From: Gammaproteobacteria bacterium
GTDB taxonomy: Bacteria; Pseudomonadota; Gammaproteobacteria; JABABF01
Assembly: GCA_965237805.1 (NCBI GenBank)
Contig: OZ250153.1
Coordinates: 1,088,001 to 1,152,000 of the forward strand
Reading direction: 5' to 3'
Length of the DNA: 64,000 nucleotides
The position numbers were made by a program, and so were the translations under genes. Each line of letters opens with the position of its first letter. Positions within the stretch are counted from its first letter, which is position 1. The notes beneath the pieces were generated by a model, which was not told where the DNA came from, ran no database searches, and saw only the letters and a program-made list of their open reading frames with translations. Of the stretch, positions 1 through 14,342 are shown piece by piece.

Positions 1-767
1 GCAAAACGACGACGGCGGTGAATTTGTCGGCCGCCTTGGTGCGGCTGAAGCGGCGCGTGTTGCTGATCGATATGGATCCGCAGGGCAACGCCACGACTGC
101 CAGCGGCATCGACAAACGCGCTTTGGAGCACAGCGTGTCGGAGCTGTTGTTGGGGCAGGGCGGTGTGCGCGAGTTGCGGCATGCTACCGAGGCGGGCTAC
201 GCGTTGTTAGCTGCCAATGCCGAGCTGACGACGGCCGAGCTCGAATTGTTGGGTCGGGGCGAGGCGGGCTACTTGGGGCTGCGCGATGCCTTGGCCAGTG
301 TGCAGGACGATTACGACTATGTGCTGATCGACTGCCCGCCGAATCTCAATGCCCTGTCGCTGAGCGCGGTACTGGCGGCCACCGGCTTGTTGGTGCCAGT
401 GCAATGTGAGTATTACGCGCTGGAGGGTTTGTCGATGCTGATGGACACCCTGCAGGAGCTGCGGGATTACCGCTCTGACTTGCAGCTATTTGGCGTAGTG
501 GGTACCATGCACCAGCGTCGCCAGCGACTTGCCGCCGAAGTGCTCCGGCAGCTGCGCGTACACTTCGGGGAACTGTTGTTTGACACCATGATCCCGCGCA
601 ATGTGCGGCTTGCGGAGGCACCTAGGTACGGCCATTCGATTTTTGGCTACGATGCTTGGTCGCACGGCGCACGGGCCTATATGCGGTTGGGGCGCGAAGT
701 GCTCCGCCGCCGAGAGGGCCGGTCGCCGCACGATTTTTCCAATTGGCGCAAGCTGTTGAGCAGTTGA
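1..767 (+). CDS. parA: Chromosome partitioning ATPase ParA/Soj (5' end outside window)
   Basis: Window opens in the Walker A region (KTTTAVNL); IDMDPQGNAT, IDCPP, VPVQCEYYALEG, IPRNVRLAEAP; followed by parB and atp operon. Confidence 0.95.
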   Translation, partial: KTTTAVNLSAALVRLKRRVLLIDMDPQGNATTASGIDKRALEHSVSELLLGQGGVRELRHATEAGYALLAANAELTTAELELLGRGEAGYLGLRDALASVQDDYDYVLIDCPPNLNALSLSAVLAATGLLVPVQCEYYALEGLSMLMDTLQELRDYRSDLQLFGVVGTMHQRRQRLAAEVLRQLRVHFGELLFDTMIPRNVRLAEAPRYGHSIFGYDAWSHGARAYMRLGREVLRRREGRSPHDFSNWRKLLSS

Positions 768-1714
768 TGAACAAGGGCAAAGATAAAGGACGGGTGCTCG
801 GGCGCTTGATGGTGGGTTTGCAACAGGACGGCGGCTTGCAGGAGTTGCCGCTGGCTGCATTGCGGGCCAATCCATGGCAGCCACGGCAGGATTTCGACGA
901 AGAGGCTTTGCGCGAGTTGGCGGCTTCAATCCGTGAGCACGGCCTGTTGCAGCCGGTGTTGGTGCGCCCATCCTCCCCGGAGGATGGCAGCTATGAGCTG
1001 GTGGTTGGAGAGCGGCGCTGGCGCGCCTGCCAGCTGGCGGGCTTGGCGACGATTCCAGCCAAGATCCGCGCCATCAGCGACCGTCAAGCCGCGCTGATGG
1101 CGCTGGTGGAAAACCTGCAACGCGAGGATTTGCGGGCCTTGGACACCGCCCACGGTCTGCGCCGCTTGGTGAGCGATTTCAAGCTGTCCCACGAGCAGGT
1201 GGCCGAGCTGCTCGGCAAATCGCGCAGCACGGTCAGCAATCTGTTGCGCTTGTTGCAATTACCCGAAGCGTTGCGCGAGTCGCTGGCCTCAGGCCAGCTC
1301 GAAATGGGGCATGCCCGCGCCCTGCTCGGCATTGCCGAACCAGCGCGCCAGGGCAAATTGGCGCAGCAAGTGATCCGCGAGTCGTTGACGGTGCGCGAAA
1401 CGGAGGCACTGGTGCGCAGTGAGCGCGGTGGCGAGGCCGTTGCGGCGGGGGGTGCGTCGACGGCCTCGGTCTCCAAGCTTCCTGTCAAGCCAGTGACCAC
1501 GCCGCGCTTGGATCCGGATTCGCGCTACCTCGAAGAGCGTCTCAGCGAGCATTTGGGGGCTTCGGTACAGCTGCGTCCCGCTACTGGCGGCAAAGCTGGC
1601 GGCCATGTGGAACTGCACTATCACGATGTCGAACATCTGCAGGAAGTGCTGCGCCGCATGGGCTATGCCGACGAGCAGTCGGATGCTGACACCGCGTCGG
1701 CGGATTGGGCGTGA
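767..1714 (+). CDS. parB: ParB/Spo0J partition protein
   Basis: NPWQPRQDF, GLLQPVLVR, VGERRWRA, LVENLQREDL, HTH GKSRSTVSNLLRLL; ATG overlaps the parA stop. Confidence 0.95.
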   Translation: MNKGKDKGRVLGRLMVGLQQDGGLQELPLAALRANPWQPRQDFDEEALRELAASIREHGLLQPVLVRPSSPEDGSYELVVGERRWRACQLAGLATIPAKIRAISDRQAALMALVENLQREDLRALDTAHGLRRLVSDFKLSHEQVAELLGKSRSTVSNLLRLLQLPEALRESLASGQLEMGHARALLGIAEPARQGKLAQQVIRESLTVRETEALVRSERGGEAVAAGGASTASVSKLPVKPVTTPRLDPDSRYLEERLSEHLGASVQLRPATGGKAGGHVELHYHDVEHLQEVLRRMGYADEQSDADTASADWA

Positions 1715-2082
1715 GCGCCCTGCTGCGCACGGTCCATGGCTATCTGTCGGTGCTGGCTGTCACTGCCATCGCCGCCAGTGCCTTGCTGGCTCTGATCGAT
1801 CCGGTTTGGGGTTATTCGGCACTTATGGGGGCGGCCTGTGGCTTGGCGCCCCAATGGTGGGCTGCTTGGCGTTTGTTGCGAGTGGGTGCGGCCTCCGCCG
1901 CCCTCGGGGCCTATCGCATCGAGCTGGGCAAATGGCTGCTCAGTGCCGCCGCCCTCGTCTTGGCCTTCGGCGTAGAGCCCTTGGCCCCGGCGCTGCTGTT
2001 CGTGACCTTGGTGCTGTCGCTGGCCGGTGCCATTGCCTGCGTCGCCTTGGCCGATCTCCGTCAACGGTCGCTCAGAGTTTGA
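1711..2082 (+). CDS. atpI: ATP synthase protein I
   Basis: Hydrophobic ~123 aa ORF with YRIELGKW motif directly before atpB. Confidence 0.75.
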   Translation: MSALLRTVHGYLSVLAVTAIAASALLALIDPVWGYSALMGAACGLAPQWWAAWRLLRVGAASAALGAYRIELGKWLLSAAALVLAFGVEPLAPALLFVTLVLSLAGAIACVALADLRQRSLRV

Positions 2083-2952
<870 letters not shown>

Positions 2953-3012
2953 GCCGGCGGGTGGCCCGTGCGGTGCCAGCCCAGTGCTACGGTATAGACA
3001 GAACGAACGTAA

Positions 3013-3270
<258 letters not shown>

Positions 3271-3324
3271 GCCGCAGCGTTGCGATGTACGCAGCTAGCT
3301 GGTGGCTGAGGTTGGGCTAAGGCG

Positions 3325-3795
3325 ATGCAATTCAACCTCACTTTGCTGGGGCAGTCCATTGCCTTCGCGCTGTTCGTCTGGTTCTGTATGCGCTATATCT
3401 GGCCGCCGCTGAGTGCCGTCTTGGCCGAGCGCCAGCAGCGCATCGCCGAGGGCTTGGCGGCCGCCGATGCTGGTCTGGATAGTCAGCAACGCGCCGAGCG
3501 CGAGGCCGAGCAAGTTTTGACCGAAGCGCGCGGCCAAGCGCGTGAGATCGTCGATCAAGCCAACCGCCAAGCAGCGGGGGTGGTGGAGGCGGCGCGTGGC
3601 GAGGCTGAGACCGAGGGCAAGCGCCTGTTGCGGGCTGCCGAGGCCGAGATCGATCGCCAGCAGGTTCAGCTGCGCGATGCCCTGCGCCGCGAGCTCGGCG
3701 AATTGGTGGTCGACGGGGCTGCACGAGTGTTGGGACGCGAGGTGGATGCAGCGACACACCGCGATTTGGTCGAAGCCTTGGGCCGTCGCCTGTAG
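3325..3795 (+). CDS. atpF: F0 ATP synthase subunit b
   Basis: [26 protein letters not shown] followed by coiled coil. Confidence 0.96.
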   Translation: MQFNLTLLGQSIAFALFVWFCMRYIWPPLSAVLAERQQRIAEGLAAADAGLDSQQRAEREAEQVLTEARGQAREIVDQANRQAAGVVEAARGEAETEGKRLLRAAEAEIDRQQVQLRDALRRELGELVVDGAARVLGREVDAATHRDLVEALGRRL

Positions 3796-3807
3796 GCTAT
3801 AGCTGCG

Positions 3808-4353
3808 ATGGACACAGAGCACAGTACTTTGGCGCGACCCTATGCGCGCGCCGCTTTTGGTTATGCCGCCGACGCTGGGGACGGTGCCGCCGACGCTTGG
3901 CGGGCGGCCTTGGATACACTGGCAGCTGTGGTGTGCGAGCCGCCTGTGGCGGTGCTGATCGCCGCCCCGCTGGCTGCCGCCGACAAGGCTGCGCAGCTCG
4001 GCGGCTTGCTCGGTGAAGCGCTGGACGGCAAGCAGCGCAATTTTGTGCGCCTGTTGGCCGACAACGGTCGCTTGGCCTTGTTGCCAGCCATCGCCACCGC
4101 TTTCCGGTGCCTGTATGCGGAGCGGCGCGGCGAAGTGGCGGTGGAACTGCGCTGTGCCCGTGCGCTGGACGACAGTGTTACCGAGATGTTGCGCGAGCGC
4201 CTCGGCCAGCGCCTCCAAGGGGAGGTGCTGCTCAGCGTCTCCGACGACCCGTCACTGCTGGGTGGCGCTACATTGCGCATCGGTGACCGGGTCATTGACG
4301 GTTCCCTGCGCGGGCGCCTCGCCGCTTTGGCCAACGCCCTGCGCGCAGCTTGA
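3808..4353 (+). CDS. atpH: F1 ATP synthase subunit delta
   Basis: [31 protein letters not shown]. Confidence 0.95.
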   Translation: MDTEHSTLARPYARAAFGYAADAGDGAADAWRAALDTLAAVVCEPPVAVLIAAPLAAADKAAQLGGLLGEALDGKQRNFVRLLADNGRLALLPAIATAFRCLYAERRGEVAVELRCARALDDSVTEMLRERLGQRLQGEVLLSVSDDPSLLGGATLRIGDRVIDGSLRGRLAALANALRAA

Positions 4354-4396
4354 ACCATCTCTCTACCCATGGACACCACGCCACTTTGGAGCCCCG

Positions 4397-5944
4397 ATGC
4401 AAAACGCTTTGAATCCAGCTGAGATCAGCGAGCTCATACGCCAACGAATCGCACGTTTAGAACTGGGCGAAGAGGAGCGCGAAGAGGGCGTCATCGTCAG
4501 CTTGATGGATGGCATCGTTCGCATCCACGGTCTGCGCAGCGTGCTCTACGGCGAGATGATCGAATTCGACGGCGGGGGTTTTGGCATTGCGCTCAACTTG
4601 GAGCGGGACTCGGTCGGTGCGGTGGTGCTCGGCGACTACCTGCAGCTGGGCGAAGGCCAGAGCTGCCACTGCACCGGGCGCATCCTCGAAGTGCCGGTCG
4701 GGCCAGCGCTGGAGGGTCGCGTGGTCGATGCCCTCGGCCACCCGCTGGACGGCCGCGGGCCGCTGGGCGAGACGCCTTTCGCGGCGGTGGAGCAGGTGGC
4801 ACCGGGCGTGATCACGCGCCAATCGGTCAGCCAGCCAGTGCAGACTGGTCTCAAGGCGATAGATTCGATGGTGCCGATCGGGCGCGGCCAACGTGAATTG
4901 ATCATCGGCGACCGCCAGATTGGCAAGACAGCCGTGGCGGTGGACACCATCATCAACCAGAAAGGCGGCGATATGAAGTGCGTCTATGTGGCCATCGGTC
5001 AAAAGCAATCCTCCGTTGCTGCTGTGGTGCGCAAATTGGAGGAGAGCGGGGCGATGGCACACACCATCGTTGTCGCCGCTCCGGCGGCGGCGCCAGCCTC
5101 AATGCAGTATCTGGCTCCATTCGCCGGTTGTGCGATGGGCGAGTACTACCGCGATCGCGGCGAGGACGCGCTGATTATCTACGACGATTTGAGCAAACAG
5201 GCGTGGGCCTATCGCCAGATTTCCCTGTTGTTGCGGCGTCCGCCTGGCCGCGAGGCCTATCCGGGGGATGTCTTCTACCTGCATTCACGTCTGTTGGAGC
5301 GCGCCGCCCGCGTCAACGCCAACTATGTGGAGAAGGTCACCGGTGGCGAAGTCAAGGGCCGCACTGGCTCGCTGACCGCCCTGCCGATTATCGAGACCCA
5401 AGCTGGCGATGTCTCCGCCTTTGTGCCGACCAATGTGATCTCGATCACCGACGGGCAGATTTTCCTCGAGACCAACCTGTTCAATGCCGGGGTGCGCCCG
5501 GCGATGAACGCCGGCCTATCGGTGTCCCGGGTCGGCGGTGCCGCGCAGACACAGATCATCAAGAAACTGGGTGGCGGCATTCGTTTGGCGCTGGCCCAGT
5601 ACCGCGAGTTGGAGGCCTTCTCGCAGTTTGCCTCGGATCTGGACGAGGCCACCCGTGCGCAGCTTGAGCACGGCCAGCGCATCACCGAACTCATGAAGCA
5701 GCCGCAGTATTCGCCACTATCGGTTGCCGCCATGGCGATCAGCTTGTTCGCCGCCAACGAGGGCTATCTCAAAGCGGTGCCGGTGTCGCGTATCCGTGAC
5801 TACGAGGGGGCCTTGCTCGAATATATGCGTCGCGAGCACGCCGGGCTGATGGATCGCATCGATGCCACCGGCGATTGGGATGAGGAGATAGAGCAGGCCT
5901 TCCGCGCCGCTCTGGACAGCTTCGCCAAGACTTGGAGTGCATAG
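4397..5944 (+). CDS. atpA: F1 ATP synthase subunit alpha
   Basis: [37 protein letters not shown]; start taken at [10 protein letters not shown]. Confidence 0.98.
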   Translation: MQNALNPAEISELIRQRIARLELGEEEREEGVIVSLMDGIVRIHGLRSVLYGEMIEFDGGGFGIALNLERDSVGAVVLGDYLQLGEGQSCHCTGRILEVPVGPALEGRVVDALGHPLDGRGPLGETPFAAVEQVAPGVITRQSVSQPVQTGLKAIDSMVPIGRGQRELIIGDRQIGKTAVAVDTIINQKGGDMKCVYVAIGQKQSSVAAVVRKLEESGAMAHTIVVAAPAAAPASMQYLAPFAGCAMGEYYRDRGEDALIIYDDLSKQAWAYRQISLLLRRPPGREAYPGDVFYLHSRLLERAARVNANYVEKVTGGEVKGRTGSLTALPIIETQAGDVSAFVPTNVISITDGQIFLETNLFNAGVRPAMNAGLSVSRVGGAAQTQIIKKLGGGIRLALAQYRELEAFSQFASDLDEATRAQLEHGQRITELMKQPQYSPLSVAAMAISLFAANEGYLKAVPVSRIRDYEGALLEYMRREHAGLMDRIDATGDWDEEIEQAFRAALDSFAKTWSA

Positions 5945-5947
5945 GCC

Positions 5948-6817
5948 GTGGCAGTAGGCAGGGAGATACGCGACCAGATTACCAGCATCTCCAGCACGCG
6001 CAAGATCACGCGGGCGATGGAGATGGTGGCGGCCAGCAAAATGCGCCGCGCCCAAGAGCGCATGAGTCGCGGGCGCCCCTATGCGCGCCATCTGCGGGAG
6101 GTGATCGGGCACCTTGCCAGCGGTGGGCTGGAGTTTAGCCACCCCTATCTGGAGCAGCGTGAGCCACGAGCTGTGGCGTATTTGGTTGTTTCGACCGAGC
6201 GCGGCCTGTGCGGTGGCCTCAACATCAACCTGTTCAAGGTTGCGCTTGCCGATATGCAAGCTTGGTCGACGCGCAGCGTCGCTGTGCGTTTGGGTCTGAT
6301 CGGTGCGCGCGGCATCTCATTTTTCAACAGCATCGGTGGCGATGTCATGGCTGGTGTGCGCGACCTGGGCGAGCAGCCGCGCATGACTGAGCTGGTGGGG
6401 GCGGTCAAGGTGGTGCTGGACGAGTTCTCTGCCAGCCGGCTGGACCGGCTGTTTTTGGTGTTCAACGAGTTTGTCAACACGGTGCAACAGATCCCGTGCA
6501 TCCGCCAGCTGTTGCCGCTGGAGCCGGGCGAAGAGCACTCAGAGAAGCGCATTGCACGCTGGGATTACCTCTACGAGCCAGACGACGCCGCGGCCCTGTT
6601 GCACACGCTACTCACGCGCCATGTCGAATCGCAGCTGTATCAGGCGGTGGTCGAAAACGGCGCTTGCGAACAGGCGGCGCGGATGGTGGCGATGAAGAGC
6701 GCCACGGAGAACGCTGGCGAGCTGATCGACGATTTGCAGCTGACTTATAACAAGGCGCGCCAAGCGGCGATCACCCAAGAGTTATCGGAGATTATCGGTG
6801 GTGCTGCGGCGGTATGA
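5948..6817 (+). CDS. atpG: F1 ATP synthase subunit gamma
   Basis: [37 protein letters not shown]. Confidence 0.98.
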   Translation: MAVGREIRDQITSISSTRKITRAMEMVAASKMRRAQERMSRGRPYARHLREVIGHLASGGLEFSHPYLEQREPRAVAYLVVSTERGLCGGLNINLFKVALADMQAWSTRSVAVRLGLIGARGISFFNSIGGDVMAGVRDLGEQPRMTELVGAVKVVLDEFSASRLDRLFLVFNEFVNTVQQIPCIRQLLPLEPGEEHSEKRIARWDYLYEPDDAAALLHTLLTRHVESQLYQAVVENGACEQAARMVAMKSATENAGELIDDLQLTYNKARQAAITQELSEIIGGAAAV

Positions 6818-7238
6818 GCGCGGTGCCTCGTGTGCCCTCATTCCGGTGGCGCTACTGATGGCGCTGGCCGCGTGCGCCCCGGCGGTGCCAGACTGCTCGG
6901 ATGCCGCCACCGCAGCGCTGTTGCGCCAGAGCGTGGAACGGCAACTGCGCTCCCTGCCGGGCAGTGCGGCGCTGGAGCAGCTGGCGGTGGAATTCGACGC
7001 GGTGCGAACCCTGCGGCGGGATTTTCGAAGTGGTGCTTGGCAGTGCGCGGCAGAGCTTCAGGTGCATGCCAGTTTTGCCAGTGCCAGTAACGGCTTCGAT
7101 GTCCTCGACCTCGCCATCAGCGCCCTGGGCGGCAACCAGCGCCTGCGCTTTTTTGTCGAACAGGGCCCCCATGAGCTGCGCTACACTAGCCAGTTCACCG
7201 ACGCTGGACGACATCATGTGTGGTCGGAGTTACGATGA
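6798..7238 (+). CDS. Hypothetical lipoprotein inside atp operon (start uncertain)
   Basis: Hydrophobic stretch ending in lipobox-like LAAC; two further Cys (PDC, WQC); stop overlaps next ATG. Confidence 0.6.
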   Translation: MVLRRYERGASCALIPVALLMALAACAPAVPDCSDAATAALLRQSVERQLRSLPGSAALEQLAVEFDAVRTLRRDFRSGAWQCAAELQVHASFASASNGFDVLDLAISALGGNQRLRFFVEQGPHELRYTSQFTDAGRHHVWSELR

Positions 7239-7617
7239 AAGCATATGGCCGCTGGTTGCCGCTCGCCTTGCTGGTGCTGCCTTTGTTGGCGGGTTGTGAT
7301 ACCGAAAACTGGACTTGGCAGGCACCGCTCTGCGATGCGGAGCAAAACATCACCTTGGTCCGAACTGAAATGTTCGCCCAAGGTCGCGAGCGCTACGGCA
7401 ACCTGACCAAGTACGCCAGCTATGACATCACCGAGATCAATGAGCGGAATTTTGACTGGCGCAGCGGCGATCGCCAATGCTCCGTCTATGTCCAGCTACG
7501 GGTGGAATTTCCCACTTCGCTGGGACCGATGGAGGTCGCATTGCAGATCGATTTCACCAGCCGCCGGGATGGCTGGGACGGTGAGGTGTCGATTGAGGCG
7601 GGCAAGGTGCAACGCCT

Positions 7618-7621
<4 letters not shown>
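7235..7621 (+). CDS. Hypothetical lipoprotein, probable paralog of preceding gene
   Basis: [21 protein letters not shown] lipobox; shares PxC and D(F/W)RSGxxQC with the preceding ORF; ATGA overlap. Confidence 0.7.
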
Positions 7622-9925
<2,304 letters not shown>

Positions 9926-9944
9926 GCAGGGACTGAGCCGTCCC

Positions 9945-10856
9945 CTAGCTGTCTTCTCGCCGCCGCCGAAGCGCCTGCAATAGGCGCTCGGTGGTTGCCG
10001 GAGCCACGCGCTTCAATGATAAGCGGATGGCCCCTTTGAAAGCCTCCCAGTCTTCGGCGAAGAGGGATGGGTTCAGAGCTCCCCGCATGGCGTTGGTCGA
10101 GCTGCGCCAGCCGATATGGCGAAACAGGAATAAGTGGTGATCATTGATGGTACGGCCCCGCTTATCGAGTAGGAAGTCGATCGGCTCCACTCCTTGCTGA
10201 TGCCGCACGCTATGGTGGATTTGCGCGAGGTAGTCGCGCAGATTTTCGAGGTCGAACAGGATGGAGGTGGCCCCGGACTTAAGCGAGAGCAGTGCGGTGG
10301 TGCGAGGGAAATGGCCGTAGCACTTTAGCCGCAGGACGCCCCCTTGGCGCGTCAGTGCTGCGGGACCCTCCCGCGCTAAGCGTTGCCAGCCCTCTCGCCG
10401 GGTGAGGGCGCAATCGTCTTCCAGCATCAGATAGCCCCAAGCCGAGAACTCGGCCATCCGTTCCAGCAACAAAATGCGATCGCAGGCTAGCTGCGCCTGC
10501 CAGCGATGCCATGGGTGGGATGCCATCGGGTGTTCGGGGATTGCTTGGTCGCGCTCGGCGGCGACTTCGTAGCGGCGCACGGCATCCCTGTCAGCGGGTT
10601 CTTCGATCCGCAACAGCGCTTCACAGCCCAGCTCTCGTGCCAGCTCGGGGAGGCGCTGCACCGCCCCGTGCCGCCCGGGCTCGCGATCCAAGTTATAGAC
10701 CAAGACCATGAGCCGTAGCCCCTCTGGGCGCGGTGCTTCGAACAGGCTACGTACCACTTGGCACAGCAGGGGTTCCCCGGGAACCGTCGGGCGGCGCACG
10801 GTGGGAATGCCGACCACAATGTCGTAGGATTCGCCGGCAACCGGTGGCGGCGTCAT
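9945..10856 (-). CDS. Putative GT-A glycosyltransferase resembling MGAT4/GT54 (GnT-IV) catalytic domain
   Basis: IVVGIPTVRR, YLMLEDD, EPIDFLLD, LFRHIGWRSS in the same order as recalled MGAT4 motifs; start could extend upstream to 11009. Confidence 0.6.
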   Translation of the reverse strand: MTPPPVAGESYDIVVGIPTVRRPTVPGEPLLCQVVRSLFEAPRPEGLRLMVLVYNLDREPGRHGAVQRLPELARELGCEALLRIEEPADRDAVRRYEVAAERDQAIPEHPMASHPWHRWQAQLACDRILLLERMAEFSAWGYLMLEDDCALTRREGWQRLAREGPAALTRQGGVLRLKCYGHFPRTTALLSLKSGATSILFDLENLRDYLAQIHHSVRHQQGVEPIDFLLDKRGRTINDHHLFLFRHIGWRSSTNAMRGALNPSLFAEDWEAFKGAIRLSLKRVAPATTERLLQALRRRREDS

Positions 10857-11089
10857 GGTGGCAGCAGGGATTGTTCTGCGGGTAATGGCTGTGCTTGGCG
10901 CACGGGGGATGCCGACCAAGAGGTCGCTGGCTCTGAGGGCGGCACCACTTGGCTGTCGCCTCGCTGCGCAGGGGCATCGGGCATGGGCGGCATTATAGCG
11001 GCCTGCCATTGCTGCACGACTGCGATCAGAGGGGGCGAAGCGTTAGAATAACAGCCATCTCGTCCTCGCCTCAGCGCAGAGGTGGCCGC

Positions 11090-12493
11090 TTGCTCTCAGA
11101 CATCGTGATACTCGCCGCTGGCCAAGCGCGGCGCATGCACTCGAGCCGTGGCAAGTTGTTGCAGAGATTGGCGGGCAAACCGTTGTTGCAGCCCCTGTTG
11201 GACACCGTGGCAGAGCTGCCGGGGGGGCGGTTGCACGTGGTGGTGGCACCCGGTGCCCGTAGCGCCCTTGAAGCGGTGCTAGATTTTGGCGGTTTGGAGC
11301 CGTGTTGGGTGGAGCAGCCCAGCCCCCAAGGCACTGGCGATGCCTTGATCCGTGCCGTGCCAACTTTGGCTGGCACTGCCTCGGGCGGCACGGTGTTGGT
11401 GCTGTGCGGTGATGTGCCGCTAGTGCGGCGCGAGACGCTGGAGGAGATGGTGGCTGAGGCCGAGGATGGGCGCAGTGTGGTGCTGTTGACTGCCACGCCG
11501 CCGGATGCGACCGGCTACGGGCGCGTCATCCGCAGCGCCGACGGCACGGTAGAGGCCATCGTCGAGCATGTGGATGCCGATGCCACCCAGCGCGCCATCG
11601 GTGAAATCCACACCGGTGCGTTCGCCCTGCCAGCCGAGCCTTTGGGGGATTGGCTGGGGGCCTTGGACAACGACAATGCTCAGGGGGAGAAGTACCTTCC
11701 GGCCCTGTTGCCGCTGGCGCTGGCGGCGGGCTATACCGTGCGGGCCTGCCAAGCGCCGCTGGCGATGGAGGTGTTAGGGGTCAACGACCGCGCCCAACTG
11801 GCGTTGCTGGAGCGCCACTGCCAACGCATCCAAGCCGATGCGCTGATGCGCGAGGGCGTCGGCTTGGCCGATCCGAGCCGTTTTGATCTGCGCGGGCGTC
11901 TGCGCGCCGGGCGCGATGTCTTCATCGACATCAATGTGGTGCTGGAAGGGGATGTGGAGCTCGGCGATGGGGTGCATATCGAGCCCAACTGCGTGTTGCG
12001 CGACACGCGGGTCGGTGCTGGTAGCCTGATCCGCGTCGGCTCCCTGCTCGAGAGCGCCGAGCTGGCCGCCGGTACCACCATCGGCCCCTATGCCCGCCTG
12101 CGCCCGGGCACCGTGCTGGGTGCAGGTGCCCAAGTCGGCAATTTTGTCGAGGTCAAACAATCCACGCTGGGTGCTGGCAGCAAAGTCAACCACCTGAGCT
12201 ATGTCGGTGATGCCGAAGTGGGTGAGGGCGCGAATATCGGTGCCGGGGTAATCACCTGCAACTACGACGGCCAGCACAAACATCCCACGCGCATCGGCGA
12301 CCGCGCTTTCATCGGCTCTAACAGTGCCTTGGTGGCACCGGTCTCAGTTGGCGATGACGCGGTGGTCGGGGCGGGTTCAGTCATCACCACGGATGTACCG
12401 GCCGACAACTTGAGCGTGGGGCGCGGTCGCCAGCGCAATGTGGCGGATTGGGCGGCCAAGCGCGGGCAGCGCGACACCGAAAGCAAGCGCTGA
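11090..12493 (+). CDS. glmU: Bifunctional GlcNAc-1-P uridyltransferase/acetyltransferase
   Basis: VILAAG, GYGRVIR, hexapeptide region, GNFVEVK, HLSYVGDA, ITCNYDG; start approximate. Confidence 0.96.
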   Translation: MLSDIVILAAGQARRMHSSRGKLLQRLAGKPLLQPLLDTVAELPGGRLHVVVAPGARSALEAVLDFGGLEPCWVEQPSPQGTGDALIRAVPTLAGTASGGTVLVLCGDVPLVRRETLEEMVAEAEDGRSVVLLTATPPDATGYGRVIRSADGTVEAIVEHVDADATQRAIGEIHTGAFALPAEPLGDWLGALDNDNAQGEKYLPALLPLALAAGYTVRACQAPLAMEVLGVNDRAQLALLERHCQRIQADALMREGVGLADPSRFDLRGRLRAGRDVFIDINVVLEGDVELGDGVHIEPNCVLRDTRVGAGSLIRVGSLLESAELAAGTTIGPYARLRPGTVLGAGAQVGNFVEVKQSTLGAGSKVNHLSYVGDAEVGEGANIGAGVITCNYDGQHKHPTRIGDRAFIGSNSALVAPVSVGDDAVVGAGSVITTDVPADNLSVGRGRQRNVADWAAKRGQRDTESKR

Positions 12494-12497
12494 GACG

Positions 12498-14336
12498 ATG
12501 TGCGGCATTATCGGTGCCGTGTCCCGGCACCCGGCTGAAGCAGCGCTGCTGGCGGGATTGCGCCTGCTGGAGTATCGCGGTTACGATTCGGCGGGGGCGG
12601 CAACGCTCAGCGACAACACGCTGCATTGCCACAAACACGCAGGTCGAGTCGCCGAGCTAGAGCGCGCCTGTGCTGCGGATCCCCTGCCGGGCACGATCGG
12701 CATTGCCCACACGCGCTGGGCCACGCACGGCCCCCCGAATGATGCCAATGCGCATCCGCACTGTGTCGGCTCCGATTTGGCGCTGGTGCACAACGGCATC
12801 GTCGAAAACCACGCTGAGTTGCGCGCCGAGCTGGCGGCCGAGGGCTGCCACTTTTCCTCGGCCACCGACTCCGAGCTGATCGCGCATTTGGTGAAGGCCG
12901 AATTGTCGCGCGGCGTGCCGACCCTGTGGCAGGCGGTGCAGGCCGCGACCGAAAGCCTCGAAGGCTCCTATGCCATCGCCGTGCTCAGCGCAGCGCATCC
13001 AGAGACCATCGTGGCCGCCCGTGCGGGTAGCCCGCTGGTGATCGGCTGTGGCGAGGCGGGGCACTTCCTGTCTTCGGATCCATTGGCGATCAGCGGCCAA
13101 GTGCAGCGCGGGCTATTTCTCGAGGACGGCGATATCGCCGAGTTGCGTGTCGACGGTTACACCCTGCGCACAGCTGACGGTAGCGAGGTCGAGCGCGTCG
13201 AGCAGCCGCTGGCCGGACCGCTGGAGGCTGTTGGTGAATACGGCGAGTACAGCTGCTATATGGAGAAGGAGATATTCGAGCAGCCTGCCGCTCTGCGCCA
13301 ACTGTTGGAGGGCCGCTTGGCCGATGGCCGCATCGATATGGAGGCGGTGTTGGGCGCAGGTGCCGAGTTCTGGTTGCCGCAGGCGCGCGCTGTGCACATC
13401 GTCGCCTGCGGCACCAGCTACCATGCCGCTTGCATCGCTTCCTATTGGTTTGAACAGCTGCTGGGACGGGCCTGCCGCGTCTTCATCGCCAGTGAGTACC
13501 GCTACCATCTGCCAGCGGTCGAGCCCGGCACCGTGCTGGTGGTGGTCTCCCAATCTGGCGAGACAGCGGACATCTTGGCGGCGGTGCGCGCGGCGACTGC
13601 ACGAGACTACCTCTGCCGCTTGGCGATCTGCAATGTCTCGCACAGCAGCTTGGTGCGCGACAGCGAATCCGTGTTGCTGTTGCGGGCGGGGGTCGAGGTG
13701 GGCGTGGCTTCGACCAAGGCCTTCACCGCCCAGCTGGCAGCTTTTTTCCTGCTGATGACGCTGCTCGGTCGTCACAGCGAGGCGGCCAGTTTCCCCGGCG
13801 AGGCCGCCTGCGTCGAAGCGCTGCGCACCTTGCCGGAGGCGATGGAGCGAACCTTGGCCTTGAACGACGAGGTGCGCGACTTGGCCGCGCTGTTTCGCGA
13901 CAGCGAGCAGGCGCTGTTCATCGGCCGCGGCGTCAACTATCCATTGGCGATGGAAGGGGCCTTGAAGCTCAAAGAAATCTCCTATATCCACGCCGAGGCC
14001 TTTGCCGCTGGCGAGCTGAAGCATGGCCCACTGGCCTTGGTGGACACAGACATGCCGGTGGTGGCCTCGCTGAGCGATGACGCGCTGTTTGGCAAGACCA
14101 TGTCGAACCTAGAAGAAGTGCGCGCCCGCGGCGGTCGGCTGGTGTTGTTTGCCGACCCGGGCCTGCGCCTGCCCGACTACATGTCAGATGTGTTGCATTT
14201 GCCGGTGGCTGCAGCGCATCTGGGGCCATTGCTCCACGCCGTGCCGCATCAGCTGTTGGCCTACCATGTGGCGACGATGCGCGGGCTGGATGTGGATAAG
14301 CCGCGCAACTTGGCGAAGTCGGTGACTGTTGAATAA
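12498..14336 (+). CDS. glmS: Glutamine-fructose-6-phosphate aminotransferase
   Basis: MCGIIG, LEYRGYDSAG, HTRWATHG, SQSGETAD, C-terminal PRNLAKSVTVE. Confidence 0.98.
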   Translation: MCGIIGAVSRHPAEAALLAGLRLLEYRGYDSAGAATLSDNTLHCHKHAGRVAELERACAADPLPGTIGIAHTRWATHGPPNDANAHPHCVGSDLALVHNGIVENHAELRAELAAEGCHFSSATDSELIAHLVKAELSRGVPTLWQAVQAATESLEGSYAIAVLSAAHPETIVAARAGSPLVIGCGEAGHFLSSDPLAISGQVQRGLFLEDGDIAELRVDGYTLRTADGSEVERVEQPLAGPLEAVGEYGEYSCYMEKEIFEQPAALRQLLEGRLADGRIDMEAVLGAGAEFWLPQARAVHIVACGTSYHAACIASYWFEQLLGRACRVFIASEYRYHLPAVEPGTVLVVVSQSGETADILAAVRAATARDYLCRLAICNVSHSSLVRDSESVLLLRAGVEVGVASTKAFTAQLAAFFLLMTLLGRHSEAASFPGEAACVEALRTLPEAMERTLALNDEVRDLAALFRDSEQALFIGRGVNYPLAMEGALKLKEISYIHAEAFAAGELKHGPLALVDTDMPVVASLSDDALFGKTMSNLEEVRARGGRLVLFADPGLRLPDYMSDVLHLPVAAAHLGPLLHAVPHQLLAYHVATMRGLDVDKPRNLAKSVTVE

Positions 14337-14342
14337 AACAAG

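Noticed and set aside
1-1714. Plasmid or ICE partition module
   Set aside because: parAB directly upstream of the atp operon is the standard chromosomal arrangement near the origin in many gammaproteobacteria
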